Below are positions 1 through 12,400 of a stretch of 64,000 bases of DNA, piece by piece; positions within the stretch are counted from its first letter, which is position 1; each line of letters opens with the position of its first letter. Where the stretch lies: contig CAXHJY010000096.1 in NCBI GenBank assembly GCA_964016885.1, positions 992,001 through 1,056,000 on the forward strand, written 5' to 3'. The DNA is from Eledone cirrhosa (Eukaryota). The position numbers and the translations under genes are program-made. The notes below the pieces were generated by a model. It ran no database searches and was not told the origin of the DNA. It saw only the letters and a list, made by a program, of their open reading frames with translations.

Positions 1-216
1 TCCAAGGAGAGATAATTTAAAAAAAAATCAGGCGGAGATAATTTGTAAAAAAAAATCAGGGGGAGATAATTTGTAAAAAAAAATCAGGGGGAGATAATTT
101 GTAAAAAAAATCAAGGGGAGATAATTTCCAGCCGTCCAAGGGGAGATAATTTTCAGCCGTCCAAGGGGAGATAATTTCCCGCCAGCCAAGGGAAGATAAT
201 ATTCAAAAAAATCAGG

Positions 217-436
217 CGGAGATAATTTGTAAAAAAAATCAGGGGGAGATAATTTGTAAAAAAATCAGGGGGAGATAATTTGTAAAAAAAAAAATCAGGG
301 GGAGATAATTTGTAAAAAAAATCAGGGGGAGATAATTTGTAAAAAAAATCAGGGGTAGATAATTTGTAAAAAAAAATCAGGGGGAGATAATTTGTAAAAA
401 AAAATCAGGGGGAGATAATTTGTAAAAAAAATGAAA
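217..436. repeat. Representative run of eight type-B (poly-A) monomers
   Basis: A-tract lengths read 8,7,11,8,8,9,9,8. The run opens with GGCGGAGATAA, contains one GGGGTAGATAA variant and closes with TGAAAGGGG. Confidence 0.95.
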
Positions 437-835
437 GGGGAGATAATATCCAGCCGTCCAAGGGGAGATAATTTCCAGCCGTCCAAGGGGAGATAATTTC
501 CAGCCGTCCAAGGGGAGATAATTTCCATCCTTCCAAGGGGATATAATTTCCAGCCGTCCAAGGGGAGATAATTTCCATCCTTCCAAGGGGATATAATTTC
601 CAGCCGTCCAAGGGGAGATAATTTTCAGCCGTCCAAGGAGAGGTAATTTCTAGCCGTCCAAGGAGAGATAATTTCCAGCCGTCCAAGGGGAGATAATTTC
701 CAGCCGTCCAAGGGGAGATAATTTCCAGCCGTCCAAGGAGACATATTTTCCAGCCGTCCAAGGAGAGGTAATTCCTAGCCGTCCAAGGGGAGATAAATTC
801 CAGCCTCCAAGGGGAGATAATTTCCAGCCAGCCAA
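437..835. repeat. Representative long cassette of sixteen type-A monomers (399 bp = 15x25 + 24); recurs near 8.9, 13.9, 20.4, 21.7, 22.5, 35.0, 36.3, 37.1, 43.5, 44.7, 47.0, 48.6, 52.1, 58.1 and 60.3 kb
   Basis: Variants occur in a fixed order: AATATCC first, (CCATCCTTCC, GGATATA) twice, TTTTCAG, GGAGAGGTAATTTCTAG, GGAGACATATTTT, GGTAATTCCTAG, AAATTCCAGCCTCC, CCAGCCAGCCAA. The recurring 70/69/118/61-aa ORF cluster marks the copies. Confidence 0.95.
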
Positions 836-1169
836 GGGGAGATAATTTGTAAAAAAAATCAGGGGGAGATAATTTGTAAAAAAAATCAGGGGGAGATAAT
901 TTGTAAAAAAAAATCAGGGGTAGATAATTTGTAAAAAATAATCAGGGGGAGATAATTTGTAAAAAAAATCAAGGGGAGATAATTTCCAGCCGTCCAAGGG
1001 GAGATAATTTTCAGCCGTCCAAGGGGAGATAATTTCCCGCCAGCCAAGGGAAGATAATATTTAAAAAAATTAGGCGGAGATAATTTGTAAAAAAAATCAG
1101 GGGGAGATAATTTGTAAAAAAATCAGGGGGAGATAATTTGTAAAAAAAATCAGGGGGAGATAATTTGTA

Positions 1170-4100
1170 AAAAAAATCAGGGGGAGATAATTTGTAAAAA
1201 AAAATCAGGGGGAGATAATTTGTAAAAAAAATCAAGGGGAGATAATTTCCAGCCGTCCAAGGGAAGATAATTTCCAGCCCTCCAAGGGGCTATAATTTCC
1301 AGCGTCCAAGGGGAGATAATTTCCAGCCAGCGAAGGGGAGATAATTTTTTTTAAAAAATCATTGGGAGATTTGTAAAAAAAATCAGGGGGAGATAATTTG
1401 TAAAAAAAATCAAGGGGAGATAATTTCCAGCCGTCCAAGGGGAGGTAATATCTAGCCGTCCAAGGGGAGATAATTTCCAGCCGTCCAAGGGGAGATAATT
1501 TCCAGCCGTCCAAGGGTAGATAATATCCAGCCGTCCAAGGACATATTTTCCAGCCGTCCAAGGAGAGGTAATTTCTAGCCGTCCAAGGGGAGATAAATTC
1601 CAGCCTCCAAGGTGAGATAATTTCCAGCCAGCCAAGGGGAGATAATTTGTAAAAAAATCAGGGGGAGATAATTTGTAAAAAAAATCAGGGGGAGATAATT
1701 TGTAAAAAAAAATCAGGGGGAGATAATTTGTAAAAAAAAATCAGGGGGAGATAATTTGTAAAAAAAAATCAGGGGGAGATAATTTGTAAAAAAATCAAGG
1801 GGAGATAATTTCCAGCCGTCCAAGGGGAGATAATTTTCAGCCGTCCAAGGGGAGATAATTTCCCGCCAGCCAAGGGAAGATAATATTTGAAAAAATCAGG
1901 CGGAGATAATTTGTAAAAAAAATCAGGGGGAGATAATTTGTAAAAAAATCAGGGGGAGATAATTTGTAAAAAAAAAATCAGGGGGAGATAATTTGTAAAA
2001 AGAATCAGGGGGAGATAATTTGTAAAAAAAAATCAGGGGTAGATAAATTGTAAAAAAAAATCAGGGGGAGATAATTTGTAAAAAAAATCAGGGGGAGATA
2101 ATTTGTAAAAAAAATGAAAGGGGAGATAATATCCAGCCGTCCAAGGGGAGATAATTTCCAGCCGTCCAAGGGGAGATAATTTCCAGCCGTCCAAGGGGAG
2201 ATAATTTCCATCCTTCCAAGGGGATATAATTTCCAGCCGTCCAAGGGGAGATAATTTCCCGCCAGCCAAGGGAAGATAATTTTTAAAAAAATCAGGCGGA
2301 GATTGTAAAAAAAATCAGGGGGGAGATAATTTGTAAAAAAATCAGGGGGAGATAATTTGTAAAAAAAAATCAGGGGGAGATAATTTGTAAAAAATAATCA
2401 GGGGGAGATAATTTGTAAAAAAAAATCAAGGGGAGATAATTTCCAGCCGTCCAAGGGGAGATAATTTCCCGCCAGCCAAGGGAAGATAATATTTAAAAAA
2501 ATTAGGCGGAGATAATTTGTAAAAAAAATCAGGGGGAGATAATTTGTAAAAAAATCAGGGGGAGATAATTTGTAAAAAAAATCAGGGGGAGATAATTTGT
2601 AAAAAAATTCATGGGGAGATAATTTGTAAAAAAAAATCAGGGGTAGATAATTTGTAAAAAAAAATCAGGGGGAGATAATTTGTAAAAAAAAAATCAGGGG
2701 GAGATAATTTGTAAAAAAAAATCAGGGGGAGATAATTTGTAAAAAAAATCAAGGGGAGATAATTTCCAGCCGTCCAAGGGAAGATAATTTCCAGCCCTCC
2801 AAGGGGCTATAATTTCCAGCGTCCAAGGGGAGATAATTTCCAGCCAGCGAAGGGGAGATAATTTTTTTTAAAAAATCATTGGGAGATTTGTAAAAAAAAT
2901 CAGGGGGAGATAATTTGTAAAAAAAATCAAGGGGAGATAATTTCCAGCCGTCCAAGGGGAGGTAATATCTAGCCGTCCAAGGGGAGATAATTTCCAGCCG
3001 TCCAAGGGGAGATAATTTCCAGCCGTCCAAGGGTAGATAATATCCAGCCGTCCAAGGACATATTTTCCAGCCGTCCAAGGAGAGGTAATTTCTAGCCGTC
3101 CAAGGGGAGATAAATTCCAGCCTCCAAGGTGAGATAATTTCCAGCCAGCCAAGGGGAGATAATTTGTAAAAAAATCAGGGGGAGATAATTTGTAAAAAAA
3201 ATCAGGGGGAGATAATTTGTAAAAAAAAATCAGGGGGAGATAATTTGTAAAAAAAAATCAGGGGGAGATAATTTGTAAAAAAAAATCAGGGGGAGATAAT
3301 TTGTAAAAAAATCAAGGGGAGATAATTTCCAGCCGTCCAAGGGGAGATAATTTTCAGCCGTCCAAGGGGAGATAATTTCCCGCCAGCCAAGGGAAGATAA
3401 TATTTGAAAAAATCAGGCGGAGATAATTTGTAAAAAAAATCAGGGGGAGATAATTTGTAAAAAAATCAGGGGGAGATAATTTGTAAAAAAAAAATCAGGG
3501 GGAGATAATTTGTAAAAAGAATCAGGGGGAGATAATTTGTAAAAAAAAATCAGGGGTAGATAAATTGTAAAAAAAAATCAGGGGGAGATAATTTGTAAAA
3601 AAAATCAGGGGGAGATAATTTGTAAAAAAAATGAAAGGGGAGATAATATCCAGCCGTCCAAGGGGAGATAATTTCCAGCCGTCCAAGGGGAGATAATTTC
3701 CAGCCGTCCAAGGGGAGATAATTTCCATCCTTCCAAGGGGATATAATTTCCAGCCGTCCAAGGGGAGATAATTTCCCGCCAGCCAAGGGAAGATAATTTT
3801 TAAAAAAATCAGGCGGAGATTGTAAAAAAAATCAGGGGGGAGATAATTTGTAAAAAAATCAGGGGGAGATAATTTGTAAAAAAAAATCAGGGGGAGATAA
3901 TTTGTAAAAAATAATCAGGGGGAGATAATTTGTAAAAAAAAATCAAGGGGAGATAATTTCCAGCCGTCCAAGGGGAGATAATTTCCCGCCAGCCAAGGGA
4001 AGATAATATTTAAAAAAATTAGGCGGAGATAATTTGTAAAAAAAATCAGGGGGAGATAATTTGTAAAAAAATCAGGGGGAGATAATTTGTAAAAAAAATC

Positions 4101-4237
4101 AGGGGGAGATAATTTGTAAAAAAATTCATGGGGAGATAATTTGTAAAAAAAAATCAGGGGTAGATAATTTGTAAAAAAAAATCAGGGGGAGATAATTTGT
4201 AAAAAAAAAATCAGGGGGAGATAATTTGTAAAAAAAA
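1170..4237. repeat. Tandem duplication, 1517-bp unit, about 2 copies
   Basis: ORF pairs 1232/2749, 1351/2868, 2005/3522 and 2033/3550 differ by 1517. Both copies share the variants AATATTTGAAAAAATC, AAAAAGAATC and GGTAGATAAATTG. Confidence 0.93.
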
Positions 4238-6459
4238 TCAAGGGGAGATAATTTCCAGCCGTCCAAGGGGAGATAATTTTCAGTCGTCCAAGGAGAGGTA
4301 ATTTCTAGCCGTCCAAGGGGAGATAATTTCCAGCCGTCCAAGGGGAGATAATTTCCAGCCGTCCAAGGGGAGATAATTTTTTTTAAAAAATCAGGCGGAG
4401 ATAATTTGTAAAAAAAATCAGGGGGAGATAATTTGTAAACAAAATCAGGGGGAGATAATTTGTAAAAAAAAATCAGGGGGAGATAATTTGTAAAAAAAAT
4501 CAAGGGGAGATAATTTCCAGCCGTCCAAGGGGAGATAATTTTCAGTCGTCCAAGGAGAGGTAATTTCTAGCCGTCCAAGGGGAGATAATTTCCAGCCGTC
4601 CAAGGGGAGATAATTTCCAGCCGTCCAAGGGGAGATAATTTTAAAAAAAAAATCAGGCGGAGATTATTTGTAAAAAAAATCAAGGGGAGATAATTTGCAG
4701 CCGTCCAAGGGGAGATAATTTTCAGTCGTCCAAGGAGAGGTAATTTCTAGCCGTCCAAGGGGAGATAATTGCCAGCCGTCCAAGGGGAGATAATTTCCAG
4801 CCGTCCAAGGGGAGATAATTTTTTTTAAAAAATCAGGCGGAGATAATTTGTAAAAAAAATCAGGGGGAGATAATTTGTAAACAAAATCAGGGGGAGATAA
4901 TTTGTAAAAAAAAATCAGGGGGAGATAATTTGTAAAAAAAATCATGGAGAGATAATTTCCAGCCGTCCAAGGTGAGATAATTTCCAGCCGTCCAAGGAGA
5001 CATATTTTCCAGCCGTCCAAGGCGAGGTAATTTCTAGCCGTCCAAGGGGAGATAAATTCCAGCCTCCAAGGGGAGATAATTTCCAGCCAGCCAAGTGGAG
5101 ATAATTTGTAAAAAAATCAGGGGGAGATAATTTGTAAAAAATATCAGGGAGATAATTTGTAAAAAAAAATCAGGGGGAGATAATTTGTAAAAAAAATCAG
5201 GGGGAGATAATTTGTAAAAAAAAATCAGGGGGAGATAATTTGTAAAAAAAATCAAGGGGAGATAATTTCCAGCCGTCCAAGGGGAGATAATTTTCAGCCG
5301 TCCAAGGGGAGATAATTTCCCGCCAGCCAAGGGAAGATAATATTTAAAAAAATCAGGCGGAGACAATTTGTAAAAAAAATCAGGGGGAGATAATTTGTAA
5401 AAAAATCAGGGGGAGATAATTTGTAAAAAAAAAATCAGGGGGAGATAATTTGTAAAAAAAATCAGGGGGAGATAATTTGTAAAAAAAAATCAGGGATAGA
5501 TAATTTGTAAACAAAAATCAGGGGGAGATAATTTGTAAAAAAAAATCAGGGGGAGATAATTTGTAAAAAAAATGAAAGGGGAGATAATATCCAGCCGTCC
5601 AAGGGGAGATAATTTCCAGCCGTCCAAGGGGATATAATTTCCAGCCGTCCAAGGGGAGATAATTTCCATCCTTCCAAGGGGATATAATTTCCAGCCGTCC
5701 AAGGGGAGATAATTTCCCGCCAGCCAAGGGAAGATAATTTTTTAAAAAATCAGGCGGAGATTGTAAAAAAAATCAGGGGGGAGATAATTTGTAAAAAAAT
5801 CAGGGGGAGATAATTTGTAAAAAATAATCAGCGGGAGATAATTTGTAAAAAAATTCAAGGGGAGATAATTTCCAGCCGTCCAAGGGGAGATAATTTCCCG
5901 CCAGCCAAGGGAAGATAATATTTAAAAAAATTAGGCGGAGATAATTTGTAAAAAAAATCAGGGGGAGATAATTTGTAAAAAAATCAGGGGGAGATAATTT
6001 GTAAAAAAAATCAGGGGGAGATAATTTGTAAAAAAAATCATGGGGAGATAATTTGTAAAAAAAAATCAGGGGTAGATAATTTGTAAAAAAAAATCAGGGG
6101 GAGATAATTTGTAAAAAAAAATCAGGGGGAGATAATTTGTAAAAAAAATCAAGGGGAGATAATATCCAGCCGTCCAAGGAGAGATAATTTAAAAAAAAAA
6201 TGAGGCGGAGATAATTTGTAAAAAAAAAATCAGGGGGAGTTAATTTGTAAAAAAAAATGAGGGGGAGATAATTTGTAAAAAAAATCAAGGGGAGATAATT
6301 TCCAGCCGTCCAAGGGGAGATAATTTTCAGCCGTCCAAGGAGAGGTAATTTCTAGCCGTCCAAGGGGAGATAATTTCCAGCCGTCCAAGGGGAGGTAATT
6401 TCCAGCCGTCCAAGGGGAGATAATTTAAAAAAAAAAATCAGGCGGAGATAATTTGTAAA

Positions 6460-9400
6460 AAAAATCAAGGGGAGATAATTTGCAGCCGTCCAAGGGGAGA
6501 TAATTTTCAGCCGTCCAAGGAGAGGTAATTTCTAGCCGTTCAAGGGGAGATAATTTCCAGCCGTCCAAGGGGAGATAATTTCCAGCCGTCCAAGGGGAGA
6601 TAATTTTTTTTAAAAAATCAGGCGGAGATAATTTGTAAAAAAAAATCAGGGGGAGATAATTCGTAAAAAAAAATCAGGGGGAGATAATTTGTAAAAAAAA
6701 ATCAGGGGGAGATAATTTGTAAAAAAAATCAAGGGGAGATAATTTCCAGCCGTCCAAGGGGAGGTAATATCTAGCCGTCCAAGGGGAGATAATTTCCAGC
6801 CGTCCAAGGGGAGATAATTTCCAGCCGTCCAAGGGGAGATAATTTCCAGCCGTCCAAGGAGACATATTTTCCAGCCGTCCAAGGCGAGGTAATTTCTAGC
6901 CGTCCAAGGGGAGATTAATTCCAGCCTCCAAGGGGAGATAATTTCCAGCCAGCCAAGGGGAGATAATTTGTAAAAAAATCGGGGAGATAATTTGTAAAAA
7001 ATATCAGGGAGATAATTTGTAAAAAAAAATCAGGGGGAGATAATTTGTAAAAAAAATCAGGGGGAGATAATTTGTAAAAAAAAATCAGGGGGAGATAATT
7101 TGTAAAAAAAATCAAGGGGAGATAATTTCCAGCCGTCCAAGGGGAGATAATTTTCAGCCGTCCAAGGAGAGGTAATTTCTAACCGTCCGAGGAGAGATAA
7201 TTTCCAGCCGTCCAAGGGGAGATAATTTCCAGCCGTCCAAGGGGAGATAATTTCCAGCCGTCCAAGGAGACATATTTTCCAGCCGTCCAAGGAGAGGTAA
7301 TTTCTAGCCGTCCAAGGGGAGATAAATTCCAGCCTCCAAGGGGAGATAATTTCCAGCCAGCCAAGGGGAGATAATTTGTAAAAAAATCAGGGGGAGATAA
7401 TTTGCAAAAAAAATCAGGGGGAGATAATTTGTAAAAAAAATCAGGGGGAGATAATTTGTAAAAAATAATCAGGGGGAGATAATTTCCAGCCGTCCAAGGG
7501 AAGATAATTTCCAGCCCTCCAAGGGGCTATAATTTCCAGTGTCCAAGGGGAGATAATTTCCAGCCAGCGAAGGGGAGATAATTTTTTTTAAAAAATCATT
7601 GGGAGATTTGTAAAAAAAATCAGGGGGAGATAATTTGTAAAAAAAATCAAGGGGAGATAATTTCCAGCCGTCCAAGGGGAGGTAATATCTAGCCGTCCAA
7701 GGGTAGATAATTTCCAGCCGTCCAACGGGAGATAATTTCCAGCCGTCCAAGGGTAGATAATATCCAGCCGCCCAAGGACATATTTTCCAGCCATCCAAGG
7801 AGAGGTAATTTCTAGCCGTCCAAGGGGAGATAATTTCCAGCCGTCCAAGGGTAGATAATATCCAGCCGTCCAAGGACATATTTTCCAGCCGTCCAAGGAG
7901 AGGTAATTTCTAGCCGTCCAAGGGGAGATAAATTCCAGCCTCCAAGGGGAGATAATTTCCAGCCAGCCAAGGGGAGATAATTTGTAAAAAAATCAGGGGG
8001 AGATAATTTGTAAAAAAAATCAGGGGGAGATAATTTGTAAAAAAAAATCAGGGGGAGATAATTTGTAAAAAAAAATCAGGGTGAGATAATTTGCAAAAAA
8101 AATCAGGGGGAGATAATTTGTAAAAGAAAATCAGGGGTAGATAATTTGTAAAAAAAAATCAGGGGGAGATAATTTGTAAAAAAAAATCAGGGGGAGATAA
8201 TTTGTAAAAAAAATCAAGGGGAGATAATTTCCAGCCGTCCAAGGAGAGATAATTTAAAAAAAAATCAGGCGGAGATAATTTGTAAAAAAAAATCAGGGGG
8301 AGATAATTTGTAAAAAAAATCAGGGGGAGATAATTTGTAAAAAAAAATCAGGGGTAGATAATTTGTAAAAAAAAATCAGGGGGAGATAATTTGTAAAAAA
8401 AAATCAGGAGGAGATAATTTGTTAAAAAAATCAAGGGGAGATAATTTCCAGCCGTCCCAGGAGAGATAATTTAAAAAAAAATCAGGCGGAGATAATTTGT
8501 AAAAAAAAATCAGGGGGAGATAATTTGTAAAAAAAAATCAGGGGGAGATAATTTGTAAAAAAAATCAAGGGGAGATAATTTCCAGCCGTCCAAGGGGAGA
8601 TAATTTTCAGCCGTCCAAGGGGAGATAATTTCCCGCCAGCCAAGGGAAGATAATATTCAAAAAAATCAGGCGGAGATAATTTGTAAAAAAAATCAGGGGG
8701 AGATAATTTGTAAAAAAATCAGGGGGAGATAATTTGTAAAAAAAAAAATCAGGGGGAGATAATTTGTAAAAAAAATCAGGGGGAGATAATTTGTAAAAAA
8801 AATCAGGGGTAGATAATTTGTAAAAAAAAATCAGGGGGAGATAATTTGTAAAAAAAAATCAGGGGGAGATAATTTGTAAAAAAAATGAAAGGGGAGATAA
8901 TATCCAGCCGTCCAAGGGGAGATAATTTCCAGCCGTCCAAGGGGAGATAATTTCCAGCCGTCCAAGGGGAGATAAATTCCATCCTTCCAAGGGGATATAA
9001 TTTCCAGCCGTCCAAGGGGAGATAATTTCCATCCTTCCAAGGGGATATAATTTCCAGCCGTCCAAGGGGAGATAATTTTCAGCCGTCCAAGGAGAGGTAA
9101 TTTCTAGCCGTCCAAGGAGAGATAATTTCCAGCCGTCCAAGGGGAGATAATTTCCAGCCGTCCAAGGGGAGATAATTTCCAGCCGTCCAAGGAGACATAT
9201 TTTCCAGCCGTCCAAGGAGAGGTAATTCCTAGCCGTCCAAGGGGAGATAAATTCCAGCCTCCAAGGGGAGATAATTTCCAGCCAGCCAAGGGGAGATAAT
9301 TTGTAAAAAAAATCAGGGGGAGATAATTTGTAAAAAAAATCAGGGGGAGATAATTTGTAAAAAAAAATCAGGGGTAGATAATTTGTAAAAAATAATCAGG

Positions 9401-12400
9401 GGGAGCTAATTTGTAAAAAAAATCAAGGGGAGATAATTTCCAGCCGTCCAAGGGGAGATAATTTTCAGCCGTCCAAGGGGAGATAATTTCCCGCCAGCCA
9501 AGGGAAGATAATATTTAAAAAAATTAGGCGGAGATAATTTGTAAAAAAAATCAGGGGGAGATAATTTGTAAAAAAATCAGGGGGAGATAATTTGTAAAAA
9601 AAATCAGGGGGAGATAATTTGTAAAAAAAATCAGGGGGAGATAATTTGTAAAAAAAAATCAGGGGGAGATAATTTGTAAAAAAAATCAAGGGGAGATAAT
9701 TTCCAGCCGTCCAAGGGAAGATAATTTCCAGCCCTCCAAGGGGCTATAATTTCCAGCGTCCAAGGGGAGATAATTTCCAGCCAGCGAAGGGGAGATAATT
9801 TTTTTTAAAAAATCATTGGGAGATTTGTAAAAAAAATCAGGGGGAGATAATTTGTAAACAAAATCAAGGGGAGATAATTTCCAGCCGTCCAAGGGGAGGT
9901 AATATCTAGCCGTCCAAGGGGAGATAATTTCCAGCCGTCCAAGGGGAGATAATTTCCAGCCGTCCAAGGGTAGATAATATCCAGCCGTCCAAGGACATAT
10001 TTTCCAGCCGTCCAAGGAGAGGTAATTTCTAGCCGTCCAAGGGGAGATAAATTCCAGCCTCCAAGGTGAGATAATTTCCAGCCAGCCAAGGGGAGATAAT
10101 TTGTAAAAAAATCAGGGGGAGATAATTTGTAAAAAAAATCAGGGGGAGATAATTTGTAAAAAAAAATCAGGGGGAGATAATTTGTAAAAAAAAATCAGGG
10201 GGAGATAATTTGTAAAAAAAAATCAGGGGGAGATAATTTGTAAAAAAACAAGGGGAGATAATTTCCAGCCGTCCAAGGGGAGATAATTTTCAGCCGTCCA
10301 AGGGGAGATAATTTCCCGCCAGCCAAGGGAAGATAATATTTGAAAAAATCAGGCGGAGATAATTTGTAAAAAAAATCAGGGGGAGATAATTTGTAAAAAA
10401 ATCAGGGGGAGATAATTTGTAAAAAAAAAATCAGGGGGAGATAATTTGTAAAAAGAATCAGGGGGAGATAATTTGTAAAAAAAAATCAGGGGTAGATAAA
10501 TTGTAAAAAAAAATCAGGGGGAGATAATTTGTAAAAAAAATCAGGGGGAGATAATTTGTAAAAAAAATGAAAGGGGAGATAATATCCAGCCGTCCAAGGG
10601 GAGATAATTTCCAGCCGTCCAAGGGGAGATAATTTCCAGCCGTCCAAGGGGAGATAATTTCCATCCTTCCAAGGGGATATAATTTCCAGCCGTCCAAGGG
10701 GAGATAATTTCCCGCCAGCCAAGGGAAGATAATTTTTAAAAAAATCAGGCGGAGATTGTAAAAAAAATCAGGGGGGAGATAATTTGTAAAAAAATCAGGG
10801 GGAGATAATTTGTAAAAAAAAATCAGGGGGAGATAATTTGTAAAAAATAATCAGGGGGAGATAATTTGTAAAAAAAAATCAAGGGGAGATAATTTCCAGC
10901 CGTCCAAGGGGAGATAATTTCCCGCCAGCCAAGGGAAGATAATATTTAAAAAAATTAGGCGGAGATAATTTGTAAAAAAAATCAGGGGGAGATAATTTGT
11001 AAAAAAATCAGGGGGAGATAATTTGTAAAAAAAATCAGGGGGAGATAATTTGTAAAAAAATTCATGGGGAGATAATTTGTAAAAAAAAATCAGGGGTAGA
11101 TAATTTGTAAAAAAAAATCAGGGGGAGATAATTTGTAAAAAAAAAATCAGGGGGAGATAATTTGTAAAAAAAATCAAGGGGAGATAATTTCCAGCCGTCC
11201 AAGGGGAGATAATTTTCAGTCGTCCAAGGAGAGGTAATTTCTAGCCGTCCAAGGGGAGATAATTTCCAGCCGTCCAAGGGGAGATAATTTCCAGCCGTCC
11301 AAGGGGAGATAATTTTTTTTAAAAAATCAGGCGGAGATAATTTGTAAAAAAAATCAGGGGGAGATAATTTGTAAACAAAATCAGGGGGAGATAATTTGTA
11401 AAAAAAAATCAGGGGGAGATAATTTGTAAAAAAAATTAGGCGTAGATAATTTTTAAAAAAAAATCAGGGGGAGATAATTTGTAAAAAAAAATCAGGGGGA
11501 GATAATTTGTTTAAAAAATCAAGGGGAGATAATTTGCAGCCGTCCAAGGGGAGATAATTTTCAGCCGTCCAAGGAGAGGTAATTTCTAGCCGTTCAAGGG
11601 GAGATAATTTCCAGCCGTCCAAGGGGAGATAATTTCCAGCCGTCCAAGGGGAGATAATTTTTTTTAAAAAATCAGGCGGAGATAATTTGTAAAAAAAAAT
11701 CAGGGGGAGATAATTCGTAAAAAAAAATCAGGGGGAGATAATTTGTAAAAAAAAATCAGGGGGAGATAATTTGTAAAAAAAATCAAGGGGAGATAATTTC
11801 CAGCCGTCCAAGGGGAGGTAATATCTAGCCGTCCAAGGGGAGATAATTTCCAGCCGTCCAAGGGGAGATAATTTCCAGCCGTCCAAGGGGAGATAATTTC
11901 CAGCCGTCCAAGGAGACATATTTTCCAGCCGTCCAAGGCGAGGTAATTTCTAGCCGTCCAAGGGGAGATTAATTCCAGCCTCCAAGGGGAGATAATTTCC
12001 AGCCAGCCAAGGGGAGATAATTTGTAAAAAAATCAGGGGGAGATAATTTGTAAAAAATATCAGGGAGATAATTTGTAAAAAAAAATCAGGGGGAGATAAT
12101 TTGTAAAAAAAATCAGGGGGAGATAATTTGTAAAAAAAAATCAGGGGGAGATAATTTGTAAAAAAAATCAAGGGGAGATAATTTCCAGCCGTCCAAGGGG
12201 AGATAATTTTCAGCCGTCCAAGGAGAGGTAATTTCTAACCGTCCGAGGAGAGATAATTTCCAGCCGTCCAAGGGGAGATAATTTCCAGCCGTCCAAGGGG
12301 AGATAATTTCCAGCCGTCCAAGGAGACATATTTTCCAGCCGTCCAAGGAGAGGTAAATTCTAGCCGTCCAAGGGGAGATAAATTCCAGCCTCCAAGGGGA

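Larger units (their letters stand above)
1..4112. repeat. Copy 1 of a block of at least 4.1 kb repeated at offset 59,888 bp
   Basis: ORF pairs 349/60237, 1011/60899, 1232/61120, 2005/61893, 2749/62637 and 3522/63410 all differ by 59,888. Both ends and several A-tract lengths match by eye. Confidence 0.95.

Noticed and set aside
539-548. TATAAT (-10 box-like) in the GGGGATATAATTT and GGGGCTATAATTT variants
   Set aside because: It arises from a G-to-T change in the core, with no -35 element or downstream gene.
1341-1365. Rho-independent terminator or polyadenylation-type signal at the T/A tracts
   Set aside because: There is no GC-rich stem and no upstream gene. The tracts are explained as type-B monomers that lost the G of TTTGT.
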